Positions 13,101 to 27,100 of a stretch of DNA of 64,000 nt are shown here, one piece after another; within the stretch, counting starts at the first letter, position 1, and every line of letters begins with the position of its first letter. Source of the stretch: Octopus vulgaris. Taxonomy: Eukaryota. The position numbers and the translations under genes were made by a program. Below the pieces are notes generated by a model that had not been told where the DNA came from, searched no databases, and worked only from the letters and a program-made list of their open reading frames with translations. The stretch spans positions 33,790,001-33,854,000 of the forward strand of contig OX597817.1 of assembly GCA_951406725.2 (NCBI GenBank), written 5' to 3'.

Positions 13101-16100
13101 AAACAAGGACAAACAAAGGGATTAAATCGATTACATCAACCCCAGTGTGTAACTGGTACTTAATTTATCAACCACGAAAGGATGAAAGGCAAAGTCAACC
13201 TCAGCGAAATTTGAACTCAGAACATAACGGCAGACGAAATACCAATAAGCATTTCGCCCGGCATGCTAATGTTTCTGCCAGCACGCCACCTTTTCTATTT
13301 ACCAAACTATTTTCGCAGTTTCTATTTACCAAACTTCACCACATTTGTTGACTTGTAGCTATAGTATAAGACACTAGCTTAAAGTGCTGTACAGTGAAAC
13401 TGGACCCGAAAGCAAATAGTCGCAAAGCAAGCTTCTTAACCACACATATCTGCACTTATCATAACAATAAAACAATTGCACACTCCATCTCAACCCTAAA
13501 TAGCATGCAACTAGAATCCTCATCACTGCTACAAATTATTAACATTTCCATCAGTGAGGATCTTTCCTGACAAATACACATCAACAAAGTAAAGACAAAC
13601 ACTGGCCTTCCTTTTCAAAACCAGAAAATACTTCACCCATAAACAACTATTAACCATTTACAAAGCTCAAGAAAGACTCACAATAAATTACTGCTCCCAT
13701 ATTTGGAACAATGCTAGTGCTATATAAGCACACGGATGTCCTACACCAATCCAAAGAAATGTTGACTGAATGGCACCAACATACTCCACCCATTAGCCCA
13801 TAGATGTGCCATCTCACCTCTCTGCCTTTTTTGCCACTACAACTATGACTTCTCCTTGGTGCTGGTTAGTCTTACACCATCTCCACTCAAGCACTCATAA
13901 CACATTTCTCTCTTTTCTCAAAACCCATATTGTGTCCACCTCCCACTCACCAGGTGCCACACTAACCCTCTATACCTATCCCTTACTTCCCAGAATGTTA
14001 TTCCCCTGGAAATCTTTTACTGTACGTTTTCCCAACAACTGTCAACTTATAACAGTTCAAGAGGAACATTATCCACTTTAAGTCTCACTGGTCTAAGAGA
14101 GACTACAAAAACCAAGGGTACAGTCTCTTCCTCCAGAACATCATCATCATCGTTTAGCGTCCGCTTTCCATGCTAGCACAGGTTGGATGGTTCAACTGGG
14201 GTCTGGGAAGCCAGAAGGCTGCACCAGGCCCAGTCTGATCTGGCAATATTTCTACGGCTGGATGCCCTTCCTAATGCCAACCACTCTGTGAGTGTAGTGG
14301 GTGCTTTTTACGTGCCACCGAGAAAATCCATCAATGAAATGGAAAAATAACAATAATTTCAAGCATAAATACAAGATTACTAATTTTGGGAAAGAGTACA
14401 GTCAGTTTAATGAAAAAGCAGGTTTTAATTAGTATATTATATAACTTGAAAGGAGGAAAAAAACGTTGACAGCAATGGAATTTGAATTCAGAATGTAAGA
14501 ATAAAAACCCACAAGGCATGCATTTTGACTGGCACTATCAGTCAGAGCAAATTCCAATGATGGTAGGCACACACAATATTGTTATTAGGAAGGGCATCCA
14601 GCCATAGAAACACTGCCAGATCAGACTGGGCCTGGTGCAGCCTTCTGACTTCCCAGACCCCAGTTGAACCGTCCAACCCATGCTAGCATGGAAAGCGGAC
14701 GCTAAACGATGATGATGATGATGATGAATGGTGCCATCATCTTTCTGAATTAATTGTAGCAATGTATTTGTTTTTGCAATTAAATTTTAAGAATTACTTT
14801 ATAAATATATATTTATATATACACATATGAGAGAGAATCCACTAAAGTGGACGCCCTTACGCTAGAGAGAGATCCACATGAGTCTCAACCACTAAAAATT
14901 GTTCTCAAGAAAAACTTAGCACACTATGAACGTAAGCAAGCAGGACAATCTATATTTTTGTTTATTTTTGTTATTTTTGTTATTTTTTATTTGTCCTGCT
15001 CGCTTACGTTCATAGTGTGCTAAGTTTTTCATGAGAACAATTTTTAGTGGTTGAGACTCATGCAGATCTCTCTCTAGCATAAGGGTGTCCACTTTAGTGG
15101 ATTCTCTCTCATATGTGTATTAATAATATTTACTGAATCTCAGTTTTTTATGTGTTAAACCACTGGTGTTAAATTGATGTTATTAAATTAATATACAATT
15201 TTTTCACCCTCATTTTGGTATTTATATATACATGTTTTAATCAGGGAATCTATCCACCTCATGGTGGATGCTTGTGCTTTTTCCAGGGTCACAATAAGAT
15301 TCCTACAAAGGCATACAACATATATCCAATAAGTTAGTAATCTAATTATCTTAGCTCCTCAGCCATTTCACCATTTCATAGACAGACAATACTAAAGAAT
15401 ATGGACTCAAAAATAAATCAAAACACTTACTGATAATGTTTAAGTTCAAAGCTGTTTGATGACATTTTCAGTTTTTTACAAAGTTTCTTTGCAACACTAA
15501 AATTATAACACAGAAATAGAGACATATTATATTTATATTTAAAAGATAGTAAAAATGTAGGTAGTTCAATGTTTATGTCATGCTAAATCAAAATATCAGA
15601 TCTTCTTAAAGACAGAATGAACTGATAATTGTTAGGTTTAATAAAACAGAAAAAGAATTTTGTTTTGTATGGATAGCATAAAATTATATTAAGCCAAATA
15701 TTACTTAAATCATCTAATCCTGATTCTTCTGTGCGTTGAAAGATATAAAAGATTAGCTAAACACTTCTTTTCTTTTTTAATCACTGCATTGAAAGAGGAG
15801 TGGTCTAGCTATAGCCAAAGAGATCATCTTAAATCACAGAGACAGAGCTAGTTGAGTAAGGTTGGTTCATTTAGTACAAAGCTTGAAAAATAGTGACTCA
15901 ATAATAACAAAGTTATTGATTTGCTACTAAAAAGAAAATTAACATATTTTCAGTAAAAATTCAATAAACATTAATGACAGTAGAATATCTTCTTAGCCAA
16001 AGGATCGAATTTGCAATAAAAATATAAATGTATAAGCATTCATGATTGTCACTGTTTGTTTCTTTTTTTGTTGTTGTTGTTCTCTGTAGGATTTTTCAGA

Positions 16101-19100
16101 ACAATAGAAAATTAAGAAAATTTTTTCTCTTCCATTTGTAACATCAACAATTGATCAGTTAAAAGTAACAGCTAAATCTTCAAATCACACCTTGTCATTT
16201 TCAAAAAAAAATTAAAGATTCACATGCCAACAAGGCAATTTGTAAGTGGTCACTTGACCTGCCAGAAATAGCAACCGAACCTCCTTCAAATTATACTCTG
16301 CCATTTTAAAACAGGATGATCATGACTGTAATGTCTTTTATTACAGCTCCATTTAGTTAGGACTGATCTGAAGCCTAACAAAATGGAAGGATATTGCAAT
16401 TGTGCATCCATTATACAGAAAAAAAAGACTAGATGACAAGCAAGTCAACCTTACTTCAGTGGATTATCTATATGCTTTTTTATCTTATTCAATCAGAGAT
16501 GACCTGGAGTTAAACAACAACTAATTTTTAGACAAATTAAATTTGCCATCTGCTCTCCACATCACCATCTTATAAAGAAAGTCATTGTGATATTAAATAT
16601 GCATAGACAAACCAACAATCTTAACCTCACATGTAAGGATTGTAGTTACTATGGTTACTGGTATAATTTTGCAAAAGAAAGAACACCTACAAAACTAAGT
16701 GTTAATTATAATTAACACTAAGTGTTAATTATAAATAGATTACCAAACCATTCTCAACCAATGATTACCTGCAGTCAATGATAATTAATGTGGCTTTGCC
16801 TTTCATTTCTTCAGCAGTTGTCTGTATCACAGGTAAAATGGAAGACAAAGATTTTTCTGAAAAAAAAAATTAAATGCAACATATGAGATATTGGAAAACA
16901 AATAAGAATTTTAAAATGAATGGGAACAGAAGAGACAAAAAGGTGAAAAGAATTGACATTCACTCTAGCTCTTATTGTCAACTGAGTTCCATTTCCAATA
17001 TTTAGTATAGCTTTTTGACATTAAACCTTTCACTGACTATATTTCAAGAAAGAGTAGATTGCCTAAGTATTGGGCCATCCCATAAATAATGTGGTTTTTT
17101 CAATTGCATGAACTAAAAGTCGGAGGGAGACAGGATAAACTACCTGCATCAACTTGCTATAAAAGCAGGTAGTAATTTTACCTTGTCCTTATTCTTTGTG
17201 CAAGTTTTGAAGAGTGCAGTTTGATTTTAACAGTTATTTTTCCAAAAATATAATGGAAGTGATAAAGGAGCATATTTGGCATATTTTGCTTTATGGGTTC
17301 AATAAAGGCAACAATGCATTGGAAAGTGCAAGGAATATTAATGCAGTAATTGGAGATTTGACAATAATCGTAAACCAGTGTCAACGGTGGCTCCAGAAAT
17401 TCCAAGCCAGAAATTGCAGCCGAGAAGATGAGCCTTGTCCTGGAAGATCTGTCAAGCACGACAAGGACGTCCTGCAAACTCTGTTGGAACAAAATCCCAT
17501 CGCAACTGTTGAGGAACTAGCAGAGTAGCTTGGATTTGGTCATTCAACCATTCATCAACACCTGCATGCCATTGGATAAGTCAGCAAATTGGTCCATGGA
17601 TTCCTTACAAACTTTCCGAGTCTAATCATATGCAGAGAGTGAATGTGTGCTCTTCTTTGCTGTCACGTCACATGAATGAACCTTTGGTGGACTGAATAGT
17701 GACTGGTGTTGAGAAATGTGTTCTCTATAAAAATGTCAAGCATTGAAGACAGTGAGCAGGGAAAAGAGAATCTGCCACCCCACCCCACCCCACCCCAGCT
17801 AAAGAAGGTCTTCACCCACGTAAGGTGCTGTTATCTGTTTGGTAGGATATGAAAAGTTTAGTCCACTTCAAACTTCTAATGCAAACCTATCAATAACAAA
17901 GGAGATCTACTGTGAGCAGCTTAAGCCAGTGCTAGAAGGAAAATGACCATCTTTGGTTTCAAGATGAAAAATGTTCTTCCATCAGGATAATGCTCGGCCA
18001 CATACATTAAGGATGACATAAACACACCAGCATCGGTTTGTCAAGCAATGCGAGAAGGACAAACACACAGACACACACACATACACACATATGTATATAT
18101 ATGTGCATGTACTCATCGACAGGCTTCTTTGTAAGTTTCCGTTCTACCAAATCCACTCACAGGGCATTGGTCGGCCCGGGGCTATAGCAGAAGACACTTG
18201 CCCAAGATGCCACGCAGATGGGACTAGACAGGGCCATGTGGTTGGTTGGCAAGCTACTTTGCAACACAGCCACTCCTGCGCCTATCTTTGGTTTCCAGAT
18301 GAAACCATCTTCCAGTTCAAGATGAAAAATGTTCTTCCATCAGGATAATACTCGGCCACATACATTAAGATGACATTCCAAGGCTGAAGCAGTTTGAATG
18401 GGAAACGATCCCCCATCCACCATATTTACTAGACATTGCCCCATCTGATTATCATTTATTCCGCAGTCTTCAAAATCATTTGGATGGAAAAAATATGAAT
18501 TCTGTAGATGAGGCCAGAACAGTAATGGTGGATTATTTTTTGTCACAGACAAGTGAATTTTGGAAGAGGGACCTTGCAAGTCTACCAGATAGATGGAAGA
18601 GCATTGTAGAAAATGAAGGAGAGTATATTTTAGATTAAAAAAGAACTTCATTTCTCTTAATTTTGAAAAATAAAAGAAGAATAAAAAAAAAACACATTAT
18701 TTATGAGATGACCCAATATCTCATTTCCTTTTCAAAAGAAAGAAAATCAATAAATCAAGCTTTAACAGCAACTTTTGTCTTGGATAGAGCTTTAAACTGC
18801 ATCCTGTTGTGGGGCCCTGGTTCAGGAGATTCAGGAGTGTGAAACTATTTCTTAGTCGCTATTGTTCCCAGATATACTCTGACCCAGCGTGGTAGCCTTT
18901 GTCGGGTTATGGGTTAATTAGCATATTACAGAAATGGGTTAATTAGCATGTCATTTATGGGTTAACTATGGGTTAATTAGCATGTCACAGAAATGCCTTC
19001 GGAAGAAGGTCACTTAACCCTTTCGATACCAACCCGGCTGAAACCGTCTCTGGTTCTGTAGTACAAATGTCTTGTTTTCATAAGTTTTTAATTAAAATCT

Positions 19101-22100
19101 TCCACCAAACCTTAGTCACAATTTATGTTCCTAATACCAGCTGAATGATAACTAAGTTATTTTACTAAATTCTTTGTTACATTCAAAATTAATTGAAAGA
19201 AACACAGAGCATCTCAAAATAAATACGACAACGAAAGGGTTAAAGATATCCTGATAGACCCAGAACAGATGAGGCCCTTCAACGCTTTAACTGCTCATCC
19301 AAGAGAAGGTAACTCCATACAAACCCTGTATCCTGGTAAGTACCAATCCCATGGCACTTGATGTACCAATCCCATGGCACTTGATGTACCAATCCCATGG
19401 CACTTGATGTACCAATCCCATGGTACTTGTTGCACCAGACCAATACAAGCTTGAAGGACAAGAGAGCTGGGACTGGCTCCATACAAATCATGCCCACTAT
19501 AACAATACTCCTCATACAGGTTGTTCAGCAAACCAACACACCAGTACCAACACCACTGCATCATCTTCATCATAAGTCTAGTGGTGATACAGAAAAGGGT
19601 GATGGGGACAGGTAGAGGATGCCACTGGAAGTTTTCGGCTTTGACCCTGCATACAGGTAGCCATAGGGTGATGATCATTTTCCACAGACTATGTCTTGCT
19701 GAATCTTCATTCAACAAAGCAAAGACAGAGCCCACAGTATCAGTTTAAGGAAATATTTGTAATGAGTTATGTAGATGATGATAGAACATTTAAAGGTTGA
19801 AATGAAACCTTGAAAGAGCAATTTAAGACAAATGATATGTAAAAGTTTATGAATAGGTATATTTGCATATTTTATTTATACTGTTTTACGAGACCTCTGA
19901 GATATGCTGTGACTGTGAAGACCCGACAAATGAAGTGAGTTCATGGCTCGCAGGATGGCCTGCTGTGCTTGAGGAGACCTATTGTGTCAAGTTCATCAAC
20001 ATCAAAATAAAAATCGTATGGATATTGTAGTTGTAATTTGCGTGCCGGTGGCACGTAGGGTCTCACTGAGGAAATGAGGTAGACCGAGACCTCTAAGATA
20101 TGCTGTGACTGTGAAGACCCGACAAATGAAGTGAGTTCATGGCTCGCAGGATGGCCTGCTGTGCTAACCTTGGATCGTAGAGTGACCTGCTGTACTTGAG
20201 GAGACCTATTGAGTCAAGTGCATTAACACCAACACCAAAATGAAAATCAAATGGAAATTGTAATTAAGATACCCGTGCCAGTGACACGGTAAAAGCACCG
20301 TCCGAACGTGGCAGATGCCAGCGCTGCCTGACTGGCGTCCCTGTCGGTGACATGTAAAAAGCACCAACCAATCATGGCCGTTTGCCAGCCTCCTCTGGCC
20401 CCTGTGCCGGTGGCACATAAAAAGCACCCACTACACTGTTGGAGTGGTTGGTGTTAGGAAGGGCATCCAGCTGTAGAAACACTGCCAGATTAGACTGGAG
20501 CCTGGTGCAGCCTCCTGGCTTCCCAGACCCCGGTCGAACTGTCCAACCCATGCTAGCATGGAAAACGGACGTTAAACGATGATGGTGATGATGATGATTT
20601 TCCATACTGAGATGGATGGAATGGATTTGTGCTGGAGCAATACTTTTTATGGTTGAATACATTGATTACTCAAACTGTGAAACAGAAGCTCATTTGTTTG
20701 TTCTTTTATTTAATTTTTTTTTTTTTATTTAGTAGGGAAGACTATCAGCCAAACTGAAGTAATGAGTTATGTGCCTTGTAAGAGACAGAACACAATGACC
20801 GTAGTAAGATTTTGAACTTAACAATGTGGTCAATACTCCAGCTTCAACATGTTTTAATTCTGTTCCATTAGAGCTGATCTACAGCTAAATACTATTATTC
20901 TAGACAAACAAAATATAGCAACACCATAACCTCAAGTGATAGAAACTTTATTTGGAACCAAAATTCTTGAAAAATTTGTGTTAAAGTTACATTAGACAAT
21001 ACTAACCAATTCAAAAATATATTAAACATCCAACTTTTTCATTAAAAAAAAACACGAAAGCAAAGCATTTACTATACCTGATTTAGTTAATATCACAAGT
21101 AAATTAGTTTTTGTCCTCAATAACTTTTTAAAGTCTTTAAAATCTTCAACATGTGAAACTAAATTTTGACTTTTCTTAGATGCTGCCACTGCCACACAGG
21201 TCTAGAAAGAAATAGAAAAAAAGGTTCTTAGCAATGGAACAAAAAAAAAGTTAAATTTAATGCTTCCGGTACAACATCATTAGCAAGTTGATTAAAAAAA
21301 TTAAATAGCATATTGAGATTTTGTGTGATGTACATAGTCTTTTTCTCTTTCACAAGTAGCATGTGATCCACATACCCCAGAATGGCTGTAGCTTAATAAC
21401 TGAAACAAGTGAAAGATAAAAGAAAAAAGATAATAAAAAAAAAATCAGTAATATTTCATCTACAAGGGATTTTCTGTGAGAGATGGCCAATCCATGAGAC
21501 TTTGGATGATTAAAAATAGCAGATTACACCTCCATCCCAAATTGTTCAATACACACTTTGTATTTGATCTTCAGGTAGCAAAAAGCATCTGTCAATCACA
21601 ACTTTTTGCCAGTCAGTTTATGGTTGAAATTCTTATGTGTTATAAAGAGTTATGTTTTTTTAAACTTTTGTGAACATTTGCAGGTTTTTTCAAACAATAT
21701 ATCTTGTTTTTACATTGCCCATTGCAGTGCAAAAGACAATAAATGAAAAGAATAAACAGAGAATAATAGTAAGTATAAATTCAATAAGCAGTGGGAAAAT
21801 AAGATCTTATTTACATTATGACCTTCAGGAAAACTGTTGTGCATTGTTTGCAAAAGTAGTTTTTACATATAACAGATGTGTTCATTATAGACATGAAAAA
21901 ATGTAACAACAGACAAAAGCAGAAGGAATGCTTGGATCAAAGGTAAGGGAAAATATATGAGAAGGATAAAAAGAGAAAATACATTTGCTGAAAGAACTTA
22001 GAAAGTTTGATAATTGAAGAAGAGTTATGAGAGTGATTTAATGTTGGCCAAAAGGCTCAGACTTTCTCTGGTGGAGAAGAAACTGTTTGACAATTTTTGC

Positions 22101-24074
22101 AAAATAAGAGATATTGAAAGAAAAGTAGAAATTTTTGTCTCAATAAGAAATAATATTTGTCTCTTTTTATAGGAACAAAAGGGATTATAGGACTGCAAAA
22201 AGAAGTGCTCAAATGTAAATGAGACAATATATAAAACTGAAAAGCATTTTTTAAATATTTTATTTTCTTTGGCACTCTATGTCTTTATTTATTCACAAAC
22301 CACACTGCATTGGTACATAAAATTATGAAGTGTTAAGTTCAATCCTACAGTGTAACATGGACCAGATAATTTCCAAATGCAACTTTACAAGCAAGTACCA
22401 ATGAATAAAATAAAATGTGCGGGTGGCACGTAAAAAGCACCCACTACACTCACGGAGTGGTTGGCGTTAGGAAGGGCATCCAGCCTTAGAAACACTGCCA
22501 GATCTGACTGGGCCTGATGAAGCCTTCCAGCTTCACAGACCCCAGTTGAACCGTCCTAGCATGGAAAACGGACGCTAAATGATGATGATGATGATGATGT
22601 TCCTCTGTCCCCTTCTTTTCTATTCACCTTGTGCTTTGAGGGGACACTTCATTATCACTATTTCTCACTTTGCAGCTCCTACTGATTATTCCCTCTCTTC
22701 TATGTGAGTAGCTATGTAGCTCTTCTATAAGTGCCTGCTCTTCCACCCCAACCTTACCCCTACCCTACCTTATGCTTTAATGCCTCATCTTCTTGTATAA
22801 ACTGGCCCCTCCCCAAAGGGATTCATAGTCTTGTAAACTGCATAGCAACCTCACTAGTGCCAGTGGCACAAAAAAAAAGCACCCAGTAGATGTTGTTAAG
22901 TGGTTGGTATTAGGAAGGGCATCCAACTGAAGAAATCATACCAAAACAAGCACTGGAGCTCAATACGATCCTTGGATCCAATGAATCCTGATGATAATTA
23001 CAGTGATGATAATGATAATGATGATGGTGGTGATGATGACAAACACAATTTTACATCCAATCATCTGTACTTTTTTGAGTGAATGGATTTTACAAACTGG
23101 AATAGATTCTGCTACAAAAATTCCTGCTGCAACTAGATAGCTTTTCTTGTTGATAAACATTTAACTACTAAGAACACACTTAAAGTTATGGGATGTAAAT
23201 ATTTGCATAAATGATAATACAAGCCTTTGTTAGATAAAAGAATATGTACATGATTGCTGATAAACATTTCCAGGATATAGCTCTTACAAATAAACAGGAT
23301 AAACAAGAGCCACATTACATATTAATTCATTTTGATTTCCATCCTTTATAGTACAGATAACCAGAAAAAAAAATAGTTTCCTTTGGTTCAGATACCACTA
23401 CTAAACTGATCCTCCTACTTGAATTAATAAATCAGAATATGACCATTCTTCTGTCATTATTGAGTAGGAACTTCTTGAAAATTTAGCCTTTCCAAACAAA
23501 TGTATAGGTCCATAAGCTTCTTTATTGCTTTCAGATTTCACCACAAGACTAGCAAGTTCAGAGGAAAGGGCAAGTTGATTACATTGACCTCAGTGCTCAA
23601 GTGTTACTTATGTTGTCAACTCCAGAAGGATGACAAGCAAAGCCAAACCTCAGCAGAATTTGAACTCATAATGTAAAGACAATAAAAAACGTCAATAAGC
23701 ATTTGCCTGGCATGCTAGCAATTCTGCTAGCTCACCACCTAATATAAGCTTCTTTATTATTAGTAAGTCAAACAAAGGATTCCCTAGAGTGATTTGACTA
23801 GACAGATCTGGCTGGTGTTAATCACAAGTCTGATCAAGATGCAACTATGAATGCACACTAATAACATATAGATTACAGAATATTCTAATGTTAAAAAATA
23901 ATAGTAAACTATTTTTTCATAAAAGTTAGTTAGAAGCTGAACTAAACATTGTCATGGGCCACTGAACTTGCAGACCATACCTTTGATAGTATTGGATGAG
24001 TGTCTTCTTTTCTTTTGGAGTAATTCCAGTGCTAAATCCCTGTTGATAGTGGTAAAGGTATGATATATAGCACT

Positions 24075-24153
<79 letters not shown>

Positions 24154-27100
24154 TACTCTCTCTCTCCTCATATCTATCTGTCTATCTATCTATATAACTG
24201 ATGAAGGAAACGGAAGATTCAGCATGATGGTTGTTTCAATGTATCCTGCATTTGTCTCATAGGGGCAGGACATTGTGCATCTAGTTGTGTTACATCAATC
24301 AGTGCAGGCTGTGTCACTTCAGCTGCTTGGTGTAAAAAAAGATATCCCACTAGGTCTTTATAGTACTTTGTGTCCATGATGGCAACAGTGCTCCCTATTT
24401 CCTTGTAAGTCCAGTAGGTTCTTCCATACATGCTTTGTAACATTTGATTTAATGTTTCTATGTTCAATTTTCCCAAAGGGCAAATTCATAATGTATTCAC
24501 AGTAGGAATCTAGTGCTTTATTTGGGAAAAAATTGCTTTTGTTTCTGGCTAATGATTTGTCCTCATCATTAGAGTTGTTGATGGGGTATTCAGCAGAATT
24601 CTGCAATGTCATTTTTCAGTTCGGGGAAGTTTGGTCTTTGTGGTGTAGGTGCAAACCTCAGTCCCTTACTTAGAATTTCTATTTGGGTGTCAGTTAATGG
24701 CTTTTTCAAGAGGTTAATTACCTTTGGTTTCTTGTGTAGTGGGGGTGGAACGCATGTCCTGGTATTTCTGTCCTTGTGCTAAAAAAGGTAAGTTACTTTG
24801 AGTGTAGTTAATATTTGTTGTTGGTCTGATTTGAGTGGATTTGTAGGGTCGTTTTTGATGGTAAGTGTGTTGAAGAGGGCTGGGTCAACTGTAGTTTCCA
24901 TTATGCTGCAGTCTGGTTGGGGTTCTGAGTAATCTGGGTGGTTTGGGTGGGTCTCTTCCAAAGGCCATCGTATTTATGCTATAATGATTGTGGTTATATT
25001 TTATTAAGGGCCCTGATATAGCTCTCAGTAATCTGGGCGTACCTCTTCCAAAGTATAAAGTGTTTGTGTTATAAGGTTGGTTTATGTCATTTCTGGATTT
25101 GGATTTGTGAAAGAAAGTTTGGGGAATGTTTGTGTTGTGGTTGGGTGTGGTTTTTCTTTGATTGTAGTTGGGTGTATCTGGTTTGGGTTGGGAGAATTGT
25201 GTTTGTGGGTTAGGTGTGTTACGATTGACAGTTTGATTGTTTCTGTAGGGCTTCATGTTTTGTTATGTTTTTTGATGAAGGGGTTGTCTGTGGTATGTAT
25301 TTTTTAAAATTTCTCTTTGTATTTAAGGAGCCACATCTCCCACTTTTCCCATCGTTAGAGAGATATAAGTTCTGCCCATTTAATAAATACTTTTAACCCT
25401 TTAATGTTCAGATAACTCTGTTAAATATAATGCTTTTTCACTCAAATTGTTTTGAATTAATCACGCATTATCTCATAGCTTTGAGGTTTCAATGATGTGA
25501 TTATATATTTTTAGAATGTCTATGTAGGTTAGGTGTGAGAGATTAGATATGGCCAGTTTGAATACAAAACATGTAGAATATTTGGGCCAGATATGGCCAG
25601 TTTAAACACTTGGCAGGAACCCACAGGTTTTTTTTAGACAATTGACAACTACTACCCCTCTCTTTCTCTCTAACACCACAAACTCTATACCAAATTATTT
25701 ACTAACAACCTATGTTTAAAGACTTTATGGGAAAACTCCAGACATGTTCTAATCACCAAACAGAAGATAAATACAAACTGCTTTTACTTCAAATTACAAT
25801 TTTTTTTTAATATTCAATAAGATGAATTTCATCATCGAAACCATTAATATTTTATATTTCCTATAAATATAAACAAAATTTTAAAATCATTTTATTAATT
25901 TCTTTCTAAATTAGAATGTCTTAAATATACCTCCGTGCTGTTTCCACCTCTATCTTTTATATATATATTTATATATATATATTTGTGTGTGTATGTTATC
26001 AGGAATATATGCTATTTGCGTACATGAACATTAAGGCAATTAATATCAATTATAAAATGTTGGAGCATCCAAAGCAAAATTAAATGAAAAAATTGACAGA
26101 AAGGCTACAAAAACGACTTAGCAAATCAAGATATGGAACAGGAGTAGAAAAAATGAAAATAAAAAACTTTCAAGAGTCAACTTAAGGATATGTACTGATA
26201 ACAAAGTCTGATTGTTTAACCAGCAGTAGGCAAAACAATTCAAACTTTCCAACACCACTTCCCCTTGTATCACAAAGCCCCGACCCAACTCATACAAAAT
26301 ATTATTATCTAAGTATCACTATACTGAAGGTCAATTCACTTTAAATATTCCAAGAAACAATATATGCTTAATTTTCACAAAATATAAACATCATCCATTC
26401 TGGTGCCACACATAAAGCACCTGTGCTGGTACCACATAAAAAGCACTTGTGGTGGTGCCACGTGTAAAGTACTGGTGCCATGTATAAAGCAGCAGTAAAC
26501 ACTGCAACGTGGTGGGTGTTAATAAGGGCATCCAGCTGTAGAAACCTTGCCAAAACAGACAATTAGAGACTAGTGCAGCTCTCCAGCTTACCAGCTCCAG
26601 TCAAACAGTCTAACCCATGCTAGAATGGAAACTGGACATTAAATGATAAGGATGATGATGATATCAATTCAACTATAGCTAATTTTTTGTTTTATAATTT
26701 GAAACACTGACCAGCAAGAGAAAAATTAGCAACCTTCATTGGACACTAAACTCTGCTTGTGAAGATCTGTTGAGGGAAGTGAAATCAAAATTGAAATCAA
26801 ATTTGATGACTGGCATACATGCTAGTGGAGCGCTAAGAGCACCATCCGAGTGTGATCGTTGCCAGAGCAGCTGACTGGCTTCTGTGCCGGTGGCACGTAA
26901 AAAGCACCTTTCGAGCGTGATCATTACCAGAGTCGCCTTACTGGCACTTGTGCAGGTGGTACGTGAAAAAACATTTGAGCGAGGTCGTTGCCAGTGCCAC
27001 TGAACTGGCTCCTGTGCAGGTGGCATGTAAGAAACACCATTTGAGCATGACCGTTGCCAGTACTGCCTGACTGGCCCTCGTGCCAGTGGCACGTAAAAGC

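Noticed and set aside
17214-17528. Domesticated SETMAR-like transposase
   Set aside because: A stop at 17526-17528, further stops and frameshifts, a mutated first catalytic Asp (TGVEK), and both TIRs still present indicate an ordinary dead mariner.
19889-20165. 80-bp direct duplication (19889-19969 / 20086-20165) as LTRs
   Set aside because: No TG..CA ends, PBS or TSD; it is an internal duplication within a family A/RTE remnant.
23288-23315. MWLLFILFI followed by gtaag as PDIA5 exon 1 (signal-peptide-like)
   Set aside because: The donor falls in phase 1 but exon 2 needs phase 0, and there is no promoter-like context. The exon at 49184-49243 fits better.
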